The position numbers were made by a program, and so were the translations under genes. 64,000 nt of DNA from an uncultured Candidatus Saccharibacteria bacterium (lineage in GTDB: Bacteria > Patescibacteriota > Minisyncoccia > UBA9983), in assembly GCA_964456855.1 (NCBI GenBank), contig CAYWCU010000002.1, positions 792-64,791 of the forward strand. The letters run 5' to 3'. Position 1 is the stretch's first letter; each line of letters starts with the position of its first letter. This document shows, piece by piece, positions 1 through 10,017 of this stretch. The notes under the pieces are model-generated. The model had not been told where the DNA came from. It made no database searches and saw only the letters and a program-made list of their open reading frames with translations.

Positions 1-1019
1 CGAACTATCTTCGGCGTAGTAGTTCCCATTTTACCCAAATCAACTTTAATTTCAGAAATATTCTCCGTCGCCTTTTCAATCAAATCCGCGGAACGCTCCT
101 TGAAATCAATCTTTCCCTCATACATATCCTGAAGCGCTTCATCGGTGGTGGTGGCGCCCCTAAGCATCATCCGCTTTCTCGCTTGAAGTATTGATCTTAT
201 CGCCCCTCTTCTTATAGCTCTAACCCTTTTTCCGATACTCGTATCTTCCCCCATTGATTCCGTGGAGAAAATGGTATCTTCAAGAAGATTCAGTTTTTCC
301 GACATAATTCCTTTCAACTTTTCCTTCAAAACGGGGTTCTCAATTTTATCAATTCGTTCTGAGCGGCGTTCAATCTGCCTCTTCATTCGCTCCATTCTCT
401 CGTTCATTAATTTCTCAACCTCCGCTCCGGAAATTAACCCTTTTTCCTTCTGCTTCATTAAAATCGCCTGGCGTTTTTTGGCAAATTCGTAAATATTTTT
501 CAAGGATTTTTCCGTTCTCTCTTTTATCTTTTTCGGAGCATCCTTCAAAAGCATATTCTCCATCACTCTCTGACTGTTCAGCGAAAGATTTTCCATCTTC
601 TTCAGCAAGGGGCCCGCCTTTTTATTTTCGGCGTTAAACCTCTCAAGCGCGCCGTGCGCCTTGTCAATTCTATTTACAACATCATTCTCAAGCCTTTCAA
701 TAACATCCTTCCTTTGCGGGTCCTTCTCGGAAACCTCCTTTAATTCCGCCAATCTTTCGTTGGCAACCTCAGTGGCGACTTCCGCCCTTTTCAGAGGGTT
801 AAAGAAAAAGAAATTGACGCGCGCCCAATCTCCGAACCTGTCCAGAAAATAAAACGGGCTCAACGGAGTAAGACCGGCACTCGGTAAAGTATCCGCCACC
901 GCAACAGTTGGCAAAGTGCTCGTGGCATCCGCACTCGTGGCGGTATGAGCCAACGCGCTCCCCGCGCCCATAAACGCGAAGCCGATAATAAAAGCCATAA
1001 TGGTTTTTTTGTTCATCAT
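1..1019 (-). CDS. secreted DUF5667-like coiled-coil protein, partial (3' end lies outside the window)
   Basis: Reverse-strand ATG at 1019-1017. Signal peptide MMNKKTIMAFIIGFAFMGAGSALA, then the LSPFYFLDRFGDW motif typical of CPR DUF5667 proteins and a long K/E-rich coiled coil. Missing from the ORF track because it is truncated by the window edge. Confidence 0.55.
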   Translation of the reverse strand, partial: MMNKKTIMAFIIGFAFMGAGSALAHTATSADATSTLPTVAVADTLPSAGLTPLSPFYFLDRFGDWARVNFFFFNPLKRAEVATEVANERLAELKEVSEKDPQRKDVIERLENDVVNRIDKAHGALERFNAENKKAGPLLKKMENLSLNSQRVMENMLLKDAPKKIKERTEKSLKNIYEFAKKRQAILMKQKEKGLISGAEVEKLMNERMERMKRQIERRSERIDKIENPVLKEKLKGIMSEKLNLLEDTIFSTESMGEDTSIGKRVRAIRRGAIRSILQARKRMMLRGATTTDEALQDMYEGKIDFKERSADLIEKATENISEIKVDLGKMGTTTPKIV

Positions 1020-1113
1020 TTTTTTATGCTAAAAACTTACAAATAATAAAAATCTTATAGACCTTCATTAATTATACCCCACTTGAGAATTTTCCCCACA
1101 AACTTATCCACAT

Positions 1114-1155
1114 CTACAATCCACCGCCACCGAAACCGGGTTTCGGTGGATTGTA
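1114..1155. repeat. REP-like palindromic element, family A (copy 1)
   Basis: Perfect hairpin ...aatccaccg(ccaccg)aaaccgggtttcggtggatt... with a 12-13 bp stem. Essentially the same palindrome recurs at 19746-19774. Confidence 0.6.
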
Positions 1156-1294
1156 GAATATAAGCAAAAGAAATCCACCGAAGCCGTCCGCCTTCCTCAA
1201 TGACCGCAAACAATAAATCCGGGAAAAATAAAAACGGCATCATAATGAATTCCAGCCTAAACCAAAATCTTCCCGCATCAGCCATTGAACCATT

Positions 1295-2154
1295 AAACCG
1301 ACAACGGTTGTCGGTTTTGTCCTCCCCACCGACAACCGTTGTCGGTGGGGAGGATTTTCTGCTATAATATAAAAATAATGTTAAGAAAAGACAAATTCGT
1401 TCCGGGGCACTACTACCATATCTACAACAGAACTATTCTCAACATCCCTGAATTCAAAAAGTACGATAACGCAGAAAGGTTAGCGCAGGCTTTTTTGCTC
1501 GCCAATTCAACAAAATCCACTGAGGCATTCCAATTTTTGAGGAACAATAAGAATGCCACCACGGCGGACGCGCTAGAAATTGCCGAGTCGGGCGAAAAAT
1601 TAGTAGATATTTTGTCCTACGCCATAATGCCAAACCACTATCACCTTTTGCTAAAAGAAGCAAAAGAAAAAGGTGTCAGCGATTTCGTCCACAAATGCAA
1701 TATCTCAATCGCCAAATACATAAATATTAAAAATGAAAGAAAGGGTCCCCTCTTTGACGGTCTCTTCCGGTCCAAACATATTTCTTCAAACGAATACTTG
1801 CTTCATCTTTCACTTTATATTCACCTCAACCCTATGGATTTTATTATTGGGAAGGAATGGCGTGAGCATAAAACGAAGAATTGGGAGGATGCAAAAAGGG
1901 AGTTGTTAAAATACCCATGGTCAAGTTTAAATTTTTTTCTGGCAAATCAGGACGATAAAATTTTATCCGGCACAGAGATAATACAAGAACAATTTAAAGG
2001 ACCGGGGGAGTATGGAATGTTTCTGCGAGAATGGTCAGAAGATCAGACAACAAAGGAAGCCGGTGAATTGTTTATTGATTAAATTGCCAACAAACCGCTA
2101 AACCGACAACGGTTGTCGGTTCTGTCGCTTCCACCGACAACGGTTGTCGGTTTT
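1295..2154 (+). mobile_element. IS200/IS605-like or RAYT-type unit: Y1 HUH transposase flanked on each side by a pair of palindromic hairpins
   Basis: Hairpins aaaccgacaacggttgtcggtttt (1295-1318), ccccaccgacaaccgttgtcggtgggg (1324-1350), 2101-2121 and 2131-2154 (ccaccgacaacggttgtcggtttt) bracket the transposase ORF. Confidence 0.6.
1378..2082 (+). CDS. IS200-like / REP-associated tyrosine (Y1, HUH) transposase
   Basis: GHYYHIYNR and MPNHYHLLL (HuH) motifs of the Y1_Tnp/IS200 family. The start was moved to ATG 1378 because the track start 1339 lies inside the hairpin. TATAAT at 1362-1367. Confidence 0.7.
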   Translation: MLRKDKFVPGHYYHIYNRTILNIPEFKKYDNAERLAQAFLLANSTKSTEAFQFLRNNKNATTADALEIAESGEKLVDILSYAIMPNHYHLLLKEAKEKGVSDFVHKCNISIAKYINIKNERKGPLFDGLFRSKHISSNEYLLHLSLYIHLNPMDFIIGKEWREHKTKNWEDAKRELLKYPWSSLNFFLANQDDKILSGTEIIQEQFKGPGEYGMFLREWSEDQTTKEAGELFID

Positions 2155-2168
2155 AGCAAAAGCACCAC

Positions 2169-2198
2169 TTGACACCTTTTGACACTTTCTGTAAACTG
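2169..2198 (+). promoter_or_regulatory. candidate sigma70-type promoter (TTGACA-N18-TAAACT) for the HTH gene
   Basis: ttgaca at 2169-2174 (second ttgaca at 2179-2184) and taaact at 2193-2198, just upstream of ATG 2205. Confidence 0.3.
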
Positions 2199-2204
2199 AC
2201 GAAT

Positions 2205-2453
2205 ATGGCTGAAGAAATTAAACGAAACGCAGTTTACACCACAGCGGAGACGCGAGAACTGCTCAAGATAAGCGACAGCACCATCAAACGCCTGCTCAAA
2301 AACGGACTGATACGAGCGAACAAGGTCGGCGGGCAATACAGAATAATGGGGAAAGAAATTTTGCGCCTTATCTCGCCCGAGGTTGAAAAACAAGCGGTAG
2401 TGTCTTATTTAAACCTCAAAAAGAAAGTTGTGAATAAAATCAACAAATGGTAA
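2205..2453 (+). CDS. excisionase-family / MerR-like helix-turn-helix DNA-binding protein
   Basis: YTTAETRELLKISDSTIKRLLKNGLIRANKVGGQYRI matches the HTH_17 excisionase-type DNA-binding domain. The gene lies immediately after the transposase unit. Confidence 0.55.
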   Translation: MAEEIKRNAVYTTAETRELLKISDSTIKRLLKNGLIRANKVGGQYRIMGKEILRLISPEVEKQAVVSYLNLKKKVVNKINKW

Positions 2454-2470
2454 AACAAAGTTGAAAGTTT

Positions 2471-3289
2471 ATGAAACTAACCATAATCAAGCCTAAAAAA
2501 ACTTTCAGCTGGGAAGATTTCAGGGAAATCTGGCGATACAAAGAGTTGCTGTATTTTTTTACGTGGAAAGACTTCAAGGTGAGATACAAACAAACCGCTA
2601 TTGGGGTTTTGTGGGCGGTTTTTCAGCCGTTTATGACAATGGTGGTTTTTACCATATTCTTCGGCAGACTCGCCAAAATGCCGTCCGACGGCATCCCCTA
2701 CCCGATATTCGTCTACGCCGGATTATTATTTTGGCAATTCTTCTCTTCTGCCCTGACACAAACAAGCAGTTCACTAATCAGCAACGCCAACATAATCACA
2801 AAAGTTTATTTCCCTCGCTTAATACTCCCGATATCTGGAGTATTAACCAAATTCGTTGATTTTTTTATTGCCGCGATTATTTTAGTGGGTATGATGGTGT
2901 ATTATGGATATACTCCAAGTTTGATTGGTATGTTAATAATGCCATTGCTTCTGTTCATAACTTTTATGGCAGCGGTCGGAGGGGGGCTTTTTCTGGCATC
3001 CATCAATGTTAAATACCGAGATGTCAGATATGTTCTGCCCTATTTTATCCAAATGATGCTTTTTGTGACACCCGTTATTTACCCGGCGAGCATTGCCGGC
3101 AAATACTCCTGGATATTGGCGCTAAACCCAATGACCGGAGTCATCAAAGCGGTAAGGGCGGGTCTTTTCGGCAACGCGCCGATTAACTGGGACCTTCTGG
3201 GGATTTCCCTCGTTGCCGTTTCAATTTTATTTGTCATAGGTGTGATATTTTTCAAGAAAACAGAAAGGTATTTCGCGGATATAGTTTAA
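2471..3289 (+). CDS. wzm: ABC-2 type polysaccharide/O-antigen export permease (Wzm/TagG family)
   Basis: Six predicted TM helices and the typical Wzm N-terminus (KELLYFFTWKDFKVRYKQTAIGVLWAVFQP). Confidence 0.8.
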   Translation: MKLTIIKPKKTFSWEDFREIWRYKELLYFFTWKDFKVRYKQTAIGVLWAVFQPFMTMVVFTIFFGRLAKMPSDGIPYPIFVYAGLLFWQFFSSALTQTSSSLISNANIITKVYFPRLILPISGVLTKFVDFFIAAIILVGMMVYYGYTPSLIGMLIMPLLLFITFMAAVGGGLFLASINVKYRDVRYVLPYFIQMMLFVTPVIYPASIAGKYSWILALNPMTGVIKAVRAGLFGNAPINWDLLGISLVAVSILFVIGVIFFKKTERYFADIV

Positions 3290-3332
3290 AATAAAAAATT
3301 TACAAGCTTCAAAAACTTTTGATCAATTTATT

Positions 3333-3722
3333 ATGAAAAATTTTGATGAGTGGAACAAAAATAAAAAAGACACCAATTGCCAAAAAAATAGGTTGTATTT
3401 TCGTGACGGTGAAATTTGGTGGATAAAACTTGGTGTTAACATCGGCTATGAACTAGATGGTAAAAGCAGTGATTTTACACGCCCGGTATTAATTCTTAAA
3501 AAATACAACAAGTACTCTTTTCTTGCCGTGCCCCTGACTAGTAAGATTAAATTGGGTTTATATTATTTTTCGGTTGGTAATGTTGACGGAAAAGACGCAG
3601 TGGCGATTTTATCTCAACTGAGAAACATAGATAGTTTGCGGTTGGTAAACAAAGTGGGTGTTATCAATAAGAATATATTGGGGGAAATTAAAAAAGCCGT
3701 CAAAAAGGCAAATTCTCTTTAA
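3333..3722 (+). CDS. MazF/PemK-family endoribonuclease toxin-like protein (solitary)
   Basis: Alignable to the MazF fold: GEIWWIKLGVNIGYELDGKSSDFTRPVLIL ... AVPLTSK ... RLVNKVGVINKNILGEI (compare E. coli MazF GDLIWVDF..GSEQAGHRPAVVLS..CVPCTTQ). Paralog of 21034-21456. No antitoxin ORF is evident. Confidence 0.55.
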   Translation: MKNFDEWNKNKKDTNCQKNRLYFRDGEIWWIKLGVNIGYELDGKSSDFTRPVLILKKYNKYSFLAVPLTSKIKLGLYYFSVGNVDGKDAVAILSQLRNIDSLRLVNKVGVINKNILGEIKKAVKKANSL

Positions 3723-3803
3723 CGGTTTTTTATTTCTCCTCGCCGGAGCGAGGCGAGCCCTAAGGCCATCTATATTAAATATACTAACAACTATAATAAA
3801 ATT

Positions 3804-5081
3804 ATGCAAGAACCAATTATTGAAGTAAAAAATATATCAAAAAAATACAATATCACCCACCAGCGGGGCGGTTATGTCGCGTTGCGGGATGTACTGACGG
3901 AAATCGCCAAAAAACCATTGTCGTTCCTTAAACATAAGGCAAAAGCGGCGATTGGTATGGAGACCAAAGAGGAATTCTGGGCGCTCAAAGACATTAATTT
4001 CACAGTGGAAAAGGGCGAAGCAATCGGTATTATCGGCGCGAATGGCGCCGGAAAATCCACACTTTTAAAAATATTATCGCGAATTACTCCTCCCACAACC
4101 GGGGAAATCAGAATGAAAGGCAAGGTCGCCTCCCTGCTTGAAGTGGGGACGGGGTTCCACCCCGAACTCACGGGGCGAGAAAACATTTTCCTGAACGGCG
4201 CGATTTTGGGAATGACAAAAAAAGAAATCGCGGAAAAATTTAACAACATAGTGAAATTTTCCGGCATCGGGAAATTCCTGGACACTCCAGTAAAAAGATA
4301 CTCTTCTGGAATGTATGTCCGCCTTGCCTTCGCCGTCGCCGCCCATATGGAGCCGGACATCTTAATAGTTGACGAGGTCTTAGCGGTTGGCGATGCTGAA
4401 TTTCAGAAAAAATGTTTGGGGAAAATGGATGAAGTAACAAAAACCGCCGGCAGAACAATTCTTTTCGTCAGTCACAATATGGCAGCGATGCAAAATTTAT
4501 GCAAGAGATGCATACTATTGGAAGATGGAAAAATAAAAATGATTGGAGAGACGAAGGAGGTTATAGCTGAGTATTTAAATAAGAATGCTACTTCCAATAA
4601 AATAGTTTTTGAATACCCAAAAGATGAAAAAATGGATGCTCAAATCTTAAAAATTGAAATCAAAAATATTAGAGATAAAACTGTGTCAAATATTAAGTGT
4701 GGCGAGGAATGGAAAATAAATATAACATATCAAATAAAAAAAATATGCCATAGAACAATCGTAGCTCTAGAATTTTTCTCCAATAATGAAACGATGTTTT
4801 ATCTTACAACTGATAATGATGAGCTACATTATATGCAGGATAAAAAAATTGGCATATACAGTACTGAACTTATAATTCCAAAACATTTCCTCAATCCTGG
4901 AAATTATCGTTTGGCACTATCTATTCAGTCTCCAGGACAGGTAGAATATGATGGTATAAAAAATATTTTTATACAAATTAATCCTGATGAATATGGCATT
5001 AAAAACCATTATTTTAATGGAAAATACATGGGATTTTTATCTGTCATAATTCCATGGAAGACAAAAATGATTAATCAATGA
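3804..5081 (+). CDS. wzt: ABC transporter ATP-binding protein for polysaccharide export (Wzt/TagH-like) with a C-terminal extension
   Basis: Walker A GANGAGKST, signature YSSGM, Walker B ILIVDE. About 170 aa C-terminal beta-rich extension as in Wzt carbohydrate-binding domains. Confidence 0.85.
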   Translation: MQEPIIEVKNISKKYNITHQRGGYVALRDVLTEIAKKPLSFLKHKAKAAIGMETKEEFWALKDINFTVEKGEAIGIIGANGAGKSTLLKILSRITPPTTGEIRMKGKVASLLEVGTGFHPELTGRENIFLNGAILGMTKKEIAEKFNNIVKFSGIGKFLDTPVKRYSSGMYVRLAFAVAAHMEPDILIVDEVLAVGDAEFQKKCLGKMDEVTKTAGRTILFVSHNMAAMQNLCKRCILLEDGKIKMIGETKEVIAEYLNKNATSNKIVFEYPKDEKMDAQILKIEIKNIRDKTVSNIKCGEEWKINITYQIKKICHRTIVALEFFSNNETMFYLTTDNDELHYMQDKKIGIYSTELIIPKHFLNPGNYRLALSIQSPGQVEYDGIKNIFIQINPDEYGIKNHYFNGKYMGFLSVIIPWKTKMINQ

Positions 5082-6301
5082 AAATTAAAATGTATTTTAT
5101 TAAAAAAATAATAAAACATCTGCTTAATAGAATGGGGTATGAAATTATTAGTGGAAATAGGATATTTATTAAAAATTATTTTAAAACTGATTACACAAAA
5201 AACGTATTAATTTCATATATTACAAATCCTTTTGTTACAGGTATCAAACTAAACCACACAAATTCTGTAGAGTGCCTTCAGATAGCTAAGATTTTTAATA
5301 AGCTGGCTTACAATATTGATGTAATTGATTTCAATAATGAAACCATCAAAATTAACTACACGAAATATGATGTGATTTTTGGATTTGGTGATCCTTTAGA
5401 AAAAAGTTTCTATGATTGCAACGCAAACGAAAGAACAACTATTCTTTATGGTACGGGCTGCCATTCTGATTTACAAAATAAAGCTACGTTAAATAGATTA
5501 TGTGAGGTTTTTCATAAAAAAGATGCTTATATTCCTAAATCTGCTAGGATTGTTAATAAAACCTGGGTATTACAAAAATCCTTTTCATCTGGAATAATTA
5601 GTTTAGGAAATAATTTTGTTAAAGATACATATAAAGAACATTATAAAGGAAGTGGAAAGATAATATCTATACCGGCAAGCTTTCATAAAACCTATAATAT
5701 TGACTTGAGTAAGAAAAACTACGCAGAAGCAAAGAGACACTTTCTTTGGTTTGGCAGTTCCGGCTCAATACATAAGGGACTGGATATATTATTAGAGATA
5801 TTTAAAAATAGAAAAAATATCGTTTTACACGTGTGCGGGGCAAATCCAGATGAAGAACAATTTAATGAAATATATGATGAATACTTATCTAAAACACCAA
5901 ATATAATAAATCATGGTTTTGTAGATATTAAATCTGATGATTTCATACAAATTATGAATACCTGCGGATACGTATTATTCCCAACAGCCAGTGAAGGAGG
6001 GTCTCCCTCCGTATTAACAACAATGGGAAATGGTGGGCTTATTCCTATTATCTCTGAAGCAAGCGGCTTAGATTTAAAAGATTTTGGTTTTATATTTAAT
6101 AATTTGCGAAGGGAAACTATTGAATCAATGATTGAAAAAGTCTTACAATTATCAAATGAGGAAATGCGTACAAGAAGTAGACAATCGTTAGAATTTACGA
6201 ATGAATACCATTCTTTAAAAAACTATTCCAAAAAGATGGGACTGGCTATAAAAGATATTTTAAAGATGGAGAATAAACCTACACAACAATATAAAAATTA
6301 A
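5078..6301 (+). CDS. glycosyltransferase, GT4-like (GT-B fold)
   Basis: C-terminal FLWFGSSGSIHKGLDILLE ... FPTASEGGSPSVLTTMGNGGLIPII, a GT-B retaining-type C-domain. The start overlaps the wzt stop (ATGA). Very AT-rich. Confidence 0.6.
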   Translation: MKIKMYFIKKIIKHLLNRMGYEIISGNRIFIKNYFKTDYTKNVLISYITNPFVTGIKLNHTNSVECLQIAKIFNKLAYNIDVIDFNNETIKINYTKYDVIFGFGDPLEKSFYDCNANERTTILYGTGCHSDLQNKATLNRLCEVFHKKDAYIPKSARIVNKTWVLQKSFSSGIISLGNNFVKDTYKEHYKGSGKIISIPASFHKTYNIDLSKKNYAEAKRHFLWFGSSGSIHKGLDILLEIFKNRKNIVLHVCGANPDEEQFNEIYDEYLSKTPNIINHGFVDIKSDDFIQIMNTCGYVLFPTASEGGSPSVLTTMGNGGLIPIISEASGLDLKDFGFIFNNLRRETIESMIEKVLQLSNEEMRTRSRQSLEFTNEYHSLKNYSKKMGLAIKDILKMENKPTQQYKN

Positions 6302-6311
6302 CCACTAAAAT

Positions 6312-7088
6312 ATGAACTGTAAAATCTGTAACAATCAATCAAAATTCTTCCTGAAAAATAAAGCACTGAATAAATACGATGCTGAACTTTTTCAATGTGA
6401 AAGCTGTGGTTTTATACAAACAAAAAACCCTCACTGGCTTAACGAGGCATATAAAAGCGCTATTTCTCAAACAGACACTGGCTTGGTCGCAAGGAACATA
6501 AACCTAAGCAACCTAACAGAAAAAATAATCAAACAAAATTTTGATTATAATAAAAGATTTATTGATTATGGCGGAGGATACGGTTTATTCGTTAGATTAA
6601 TGAGAGACAAGGGTTTTAATTTTTACAGACAAGACTCTTATTGCGAGAATCTATTCGCACAACATTTTGATACAAATGGTTTAAAAAATAATGATGAAAA
6701 ATTTGAATTATTAACAACTTTTGAAGTTTTCGAGCATCTTGAAAACCCCGCTGAAGAAGTGAAGAAAATGCTTGAATTTTCAGACTCAATCCTTTTTTCC
6801 ACCGAATTGCAGCCGCAAGACATAAAAAACCAAGAAGATTGGTGGTATTTTTCGCCGGAAAGTGGGCAACACATTTCTTTCTACACAAAAAAATCCCTTG
6901 AAGAACTGGCAAAAAAATTTGATCTTGATTTATACACAGACAATACAAGGCTTCATTTGTTAACAAAAAAACAACTTGAACCATCGCCGTTTGTTGAAAA
7001 AAACCCAGTTTGTATTACAAAATTAAAAGAAAATTATCAAATCTTATTCTGCCCAAAAATGAAACTTCAATTAAACTTGCTGGTTTGA
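6312..7088 (+). CDS. class I SAM-dependent methyltransferase with an N-terminal Cys4 zinc ribbon
   Basis: CKICN...CESCG zinc ribbon, then DYGGGYGLF (motif I) and TFEVFEHLENP. Confidence 0.6.
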   Translation: MNCKICNNQSKFFLKNKALNKYDAELFQCESCGFIQTKNPHWLNEAYKSAISQTDTGLVARNINLSNLTEKIIKQNFDYNKRFIDYGGGYGLFVRLMRDKGFNFYRQDSYCENLFAQHFDTNGLKNNDEKFELLTTFEVFEHLENPAEEVKKMLEFSDSILFSTELQPQDIKNQEDWWYFSPESGQHISFYTKKSLEELAKKFDLDLYTDNTRLHLLTKKQLEPSPFVEKNPVCITKLKENYQILFCPKMKLQLNLLV

Positions 7089-7100
7089 CCCAACAAGACC

Positions 7101-8300
7101 GTGAACATATTAAGGAAATTGCAAAAAATGATTAAAATTAAACAAAAAATATCAAATTTTATATTTTCTCCAGAAGTAATCACAAAACTACTCAAACCCT
7201 TTCTTTATTTTAAAAAAAGAAAGAAAGGTGAAATTAAAAAAATACTTATTGTAAGGCTGGACGATATTGGCGATTTGGTATTGACGACACCCCTCATACG
7301 AGAGTTAAAAAGGGCGCACCCTGAAGCAAAAATAGATCTCATTATAAAAACAGAAATTGCCAACCTGTTTGAAATTTGTCCTTACTTGGAAAATGTAATT
7401 CCCTTCAAATGGAGCGGCTATCTAAATATGTTAAAATTCGTGAAAAATAACCTCTGGGGAAAAAAATATGATTTGGCGATAATGCCAAGGTGGGATACCG
7501 ACCTAAAAAAGGCCTCGCTTATGGCATATTTAAGCAATTCCCCGAGAAGAATTGGTTATTCTGAAAAAAACAATAATGACAAAGCGGTAAAAAACAAGAA
7601 CTACGATTTGTTTTTTACCGAAACAATATTGGACAAAACCCTGAAACATGAGGTTGAGAGAAATCTGAAGATATTGAAATATTTAAAAATCAAACCCCGG
7701 TCAAGCAATCTTGAATTGTGGACGAATAAAAACGATGAAATGGCGGTGGGAAGCATACTGGAAGAAAACCAGCTCACAAACAAAAAAATTGCCGCATTGG
7801 GCATAGGGGCAGCGCAGAACAAAAGAATTTGGGCGTTAAAAAATTATGAATTAATCGCCAAGTGGCTGGGAGAAAATCTTGGTTTCAAAATAATAATCAT
7901 TGGAGGGGGGGAAGATTTTGAGGCGGGAGAAATGCTAAAAAGCGGAAACAAGGAAATAATAAACCTCGCCGGAAAAACCTCACTGAGGGAAACCTTCGCA
8001 ATCCTAAAGAAAAGCTCTTTATATGTTGGAAATGATTCCGGGCCTATGCACATATCGGCGGCGACGGGAATACCTACAATTGAAATATCGTGCCACCCAT
8101 TAAAAGGGTTAAAAGAACACGCAAACTCGCCGGAAAGATTTCGCCCGTGGATGAAAAAATATTCAATTGTCCAACCCACTGAAATACTTCATCCGTGCTA
8201 CAATTCATGTATAATGAATAAAGCGCACTGCATAAACTTAATCACTATCAAGCAAGCGCAAGAGAAAATACTTGAAGTGATAAAAGAAAATAATTTATGA
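7101..8300 (+). CDS. glycosyltransferase family 9 (heptosyltransferase-like)
   Basis: KKILIVRLDDIGDLVLTTPLIRELKRAHPEAKIDLI and GNDSGPMHISAATGIPTI are GT9 hallmarks. The true start may be 7128 (MIKIKQ). Confidence 0.75.
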   Translation: MNILRKLQKMIKIKQKISNFIFSPEVITKLLKPFLYFKKRKKGEIKKILIVRLDDIGDLVLTTPLIRELKRAHPEAKIDLIIKTEIANLFEICPYLENVIPFKWSGYLNMLKFVKNNLWGKKYDLAIMPRWDTDLKKASLMAYLSNSPRRIGYSEKNNNDKAVKNKNYDLFFTETILDKTLKHEVERNLKILKYLKIKPRSSNLELWTNKNDEMAVGSILEENQLTNKKIAALGIGAAQNKRIWALKNYELIAKWLGENLGFKIIIIGGGEDFEAGEMLKSGNKEIINLAGKTSLRETFAILKKSSLYVGNDSGPMHISAATGIPTIEISCHPLKGLKEHANSPERFRPWMKKYSIVQPTEILHPCYNSCIMNKAHCINLITIKQAQEKILEVIKENNL

Positions 8301-9229
8301 AATTTTCAATTGTAACTCCCGTTTATAACGGTGAAAAATACATAGCTGAAACCATTGAGAGCGTCCTTTCCCAAAAGGGAGATTTTGAGATTGAGTATAT
8401 TATTATGGACGGGGGTTCAGACGACAAAACCGTTGAAATTATAAAAAAATATGAGGAAAAATTAAAAAATGGATGTTGGGAAACAAAATGCAAAAACATA
8501 TCATTTGGTTGGTTCTCCGAAAGGGACAAAGGGATGTATGACGCAATAAACAAAGGTTTCGCAAAAGCGACGGGTGATGTGTACGCGTGGATAAATTCCG
8601 ATGACATTTATTTACCAGGCGCCTTCGCCGCCATCAGCAAAACGCTCGCGAAATATCCCGAAATTGAATGGATTAAGGGAATCACATCTTTCATAAACGA
8701 AGATTCGACGATTCATGAGGTGGGATTATGTTATTTGTACAATCAACGATGGATTATAAAAGGTATATATGGGAGAAGTGTTTATGTTATACCGCAAGAC
8801 AGCGTGTTTTGGAAATCAGAATTATGGAAAAAAGTTGGTGAAATAAATAATACTTTAAAACTGGCAGGAGATTATTACCTTTGGACATATTTTGCTGAAC
8901 ATACCCCGCTCTATTCATTAAAAGCGTATGTTAGTTGCTTCAGGATACAAGACTACCAACTAAGTAAAAATATTGAACAATACAAAGAAGAGCAACGCGT
9001 ATCATCTCCCCTTATTACCACAGAAGAAAAAATCGCACGGTTGTTTTTTAAGAAAACCAAAAAAATGCCTCTGTTTTTCTATCCCCTTCTTTATGTCGTT
9101 TATAATTTAATATTCAGAAAACAATCACTAGAGGTGATAGAAATCAAAAGAAAAAAACTTGAGAACAACCACATGGGGGCTTATAATAATCCAGTAAAAA
9201 GAAAATCAAAATCATTTATGGTTAGATAA
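8297..9229 (+). CDS. glycosyltransferase family 2
   Basis: FSIVTPVYNGEKYIAETIESVLSQ ... IIMDGGSDDKT ... DAINKG (GT2 DXD region). The start overlaps the GT9 stop. Confidence 0.8.
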   Translation: MKFSIVTPVYNGEKYIAETIESVLSQKGDFEIEYIIMDGGSDDKTVEIIKKYEEKLKNGCWETKCKNISFGWFSERDKGMYDAINKGFAKATGDVYAWINSDDIYLPGAFAAISKTLAKYPEIEWIKGITSFINEDSTIHEVGLCYLYNQRWIIKGIYGRSVYVIPQDSVFWKSELWKKVGEINNTLKLAGDYYLWTYFAEHTPLYSLKAYVSCFRIQDYQLSKNIEQYKEEQRVSSPLITTEEKIARLFFKKTKKMPLFFYPLLYVVYNLIFRKQSLEVIEIKRKKLENNHMGAYNNPVKRKSKSFMVR

Positions 9230-9232
9230 ATT

Positions 9233-10012
9233 ATGAAAAAAACACTAAGAAAACTTCCCTATTACAAACAACTGCGGGCTTACTACAGTATTGCAAGAGG
9301 GGCTTATTCAAATAAATACAACTTTTTCCAAAAGACCGTGCTGTTGAAAAATTTTTTCTCCTACTTGAAAAAATACTCCAAACTGGCCTCAAACAAAAAT
9401 TTTGAATTCAGTTTGGACAACATCTCGCCGCAAATATATGATAATGTCCCCCACTCCCAACAGCTGGATTATGTTTATTTTTATCAAGATACATGGTGCG
9501 CGAAAAAAATCTTTCAAAACAAGCCAGAACACCACTTTGACATCGGTTCAAAGGTTGAAATGGTTGGCATCATATCTCAATTCACGCCAACGACAATGAT
9601 TGATTTGCGGTCACTGGATATCAACTTGCCAAATCTGCAATTCATGAAAGGCGACATCCTCTCTCTGCCGCTCAAAGATAATTCTGTGGAATCATTAAGT
9701 TCCATCTGCGTCATAGAGCATATTGGGCTCGGAAGATATGGTGATCCACTTAACCCTTTTGGCTCGGAAAAAGCAGCGAAAGAAATAAAAAGAGTATTGC
9801 AGAACAAGGGGGATCTCTATATCTCCCTACCTATTGACAATGAAAATAAAACCTATTTTAACGCCCACAGAGCATTTACTCGCAAATATATCTTGGAATT
9901 ATTCTCCCCACTAAAATTGGTTGAAGAAAAATACATCTACAAAAACAAGTTGACGGACAACTATAATTCGGAAAGTGGTTTTGGAACCGGATTATTTTGG
10001 TTTAAAAAATAA
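9233..10012 (+). CDS. DUF268-like SAM-dependent methyltransferase-fold protein
   Basis: DIGSKVEM ... SLPLKDNSVESLSSICVIEHIGLGRYGDPLNPFGSEKAAKEIKRVL resembles the DUF268 / class I methyltransferase family. Confidence 0.5.
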   Translation: MKKTLRKLPYYKQLRAYYSIARGAYSNKYNFFQKTVLLKNFFSYLKKYSKLASNKNFEFSLDNISPQIYDNVPHSQQLDYVYFYQDTWCAKKIFQNKPEHHFDIGSKVEMVGIISQFTPTTMIDLRSLDINLPNLQFMKGDILSLPLKDNSVESLSSICVIEHIGLGRYGDPLNPFGSEKAAKEIKRVLQNKGDLYISLPIDNENKTYFNAHRAFTRKYILELFSPLKLVEEKYIYKNKLTDNYNSESGFGTGLFWFKK

Positions 10013-10017
10013 ACAGT

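Noticed and set aside
1055-1285. 76-aa reverse-strand ORF
   Set aside because: Lies entirely over the REP-like palindromes and hairpins with an implausible W/R/F-rich composition. Judged a non-coding repeat region.
3872-4458. Several antisense ORFs inside wzt (3872-4360, 4074-4346, 4240-4458)
   Set aside because: Shadow ORFs on the opposite strand of a well-supported ABC ATPase gene, with Arg/Pro-rich low-complexity translations.
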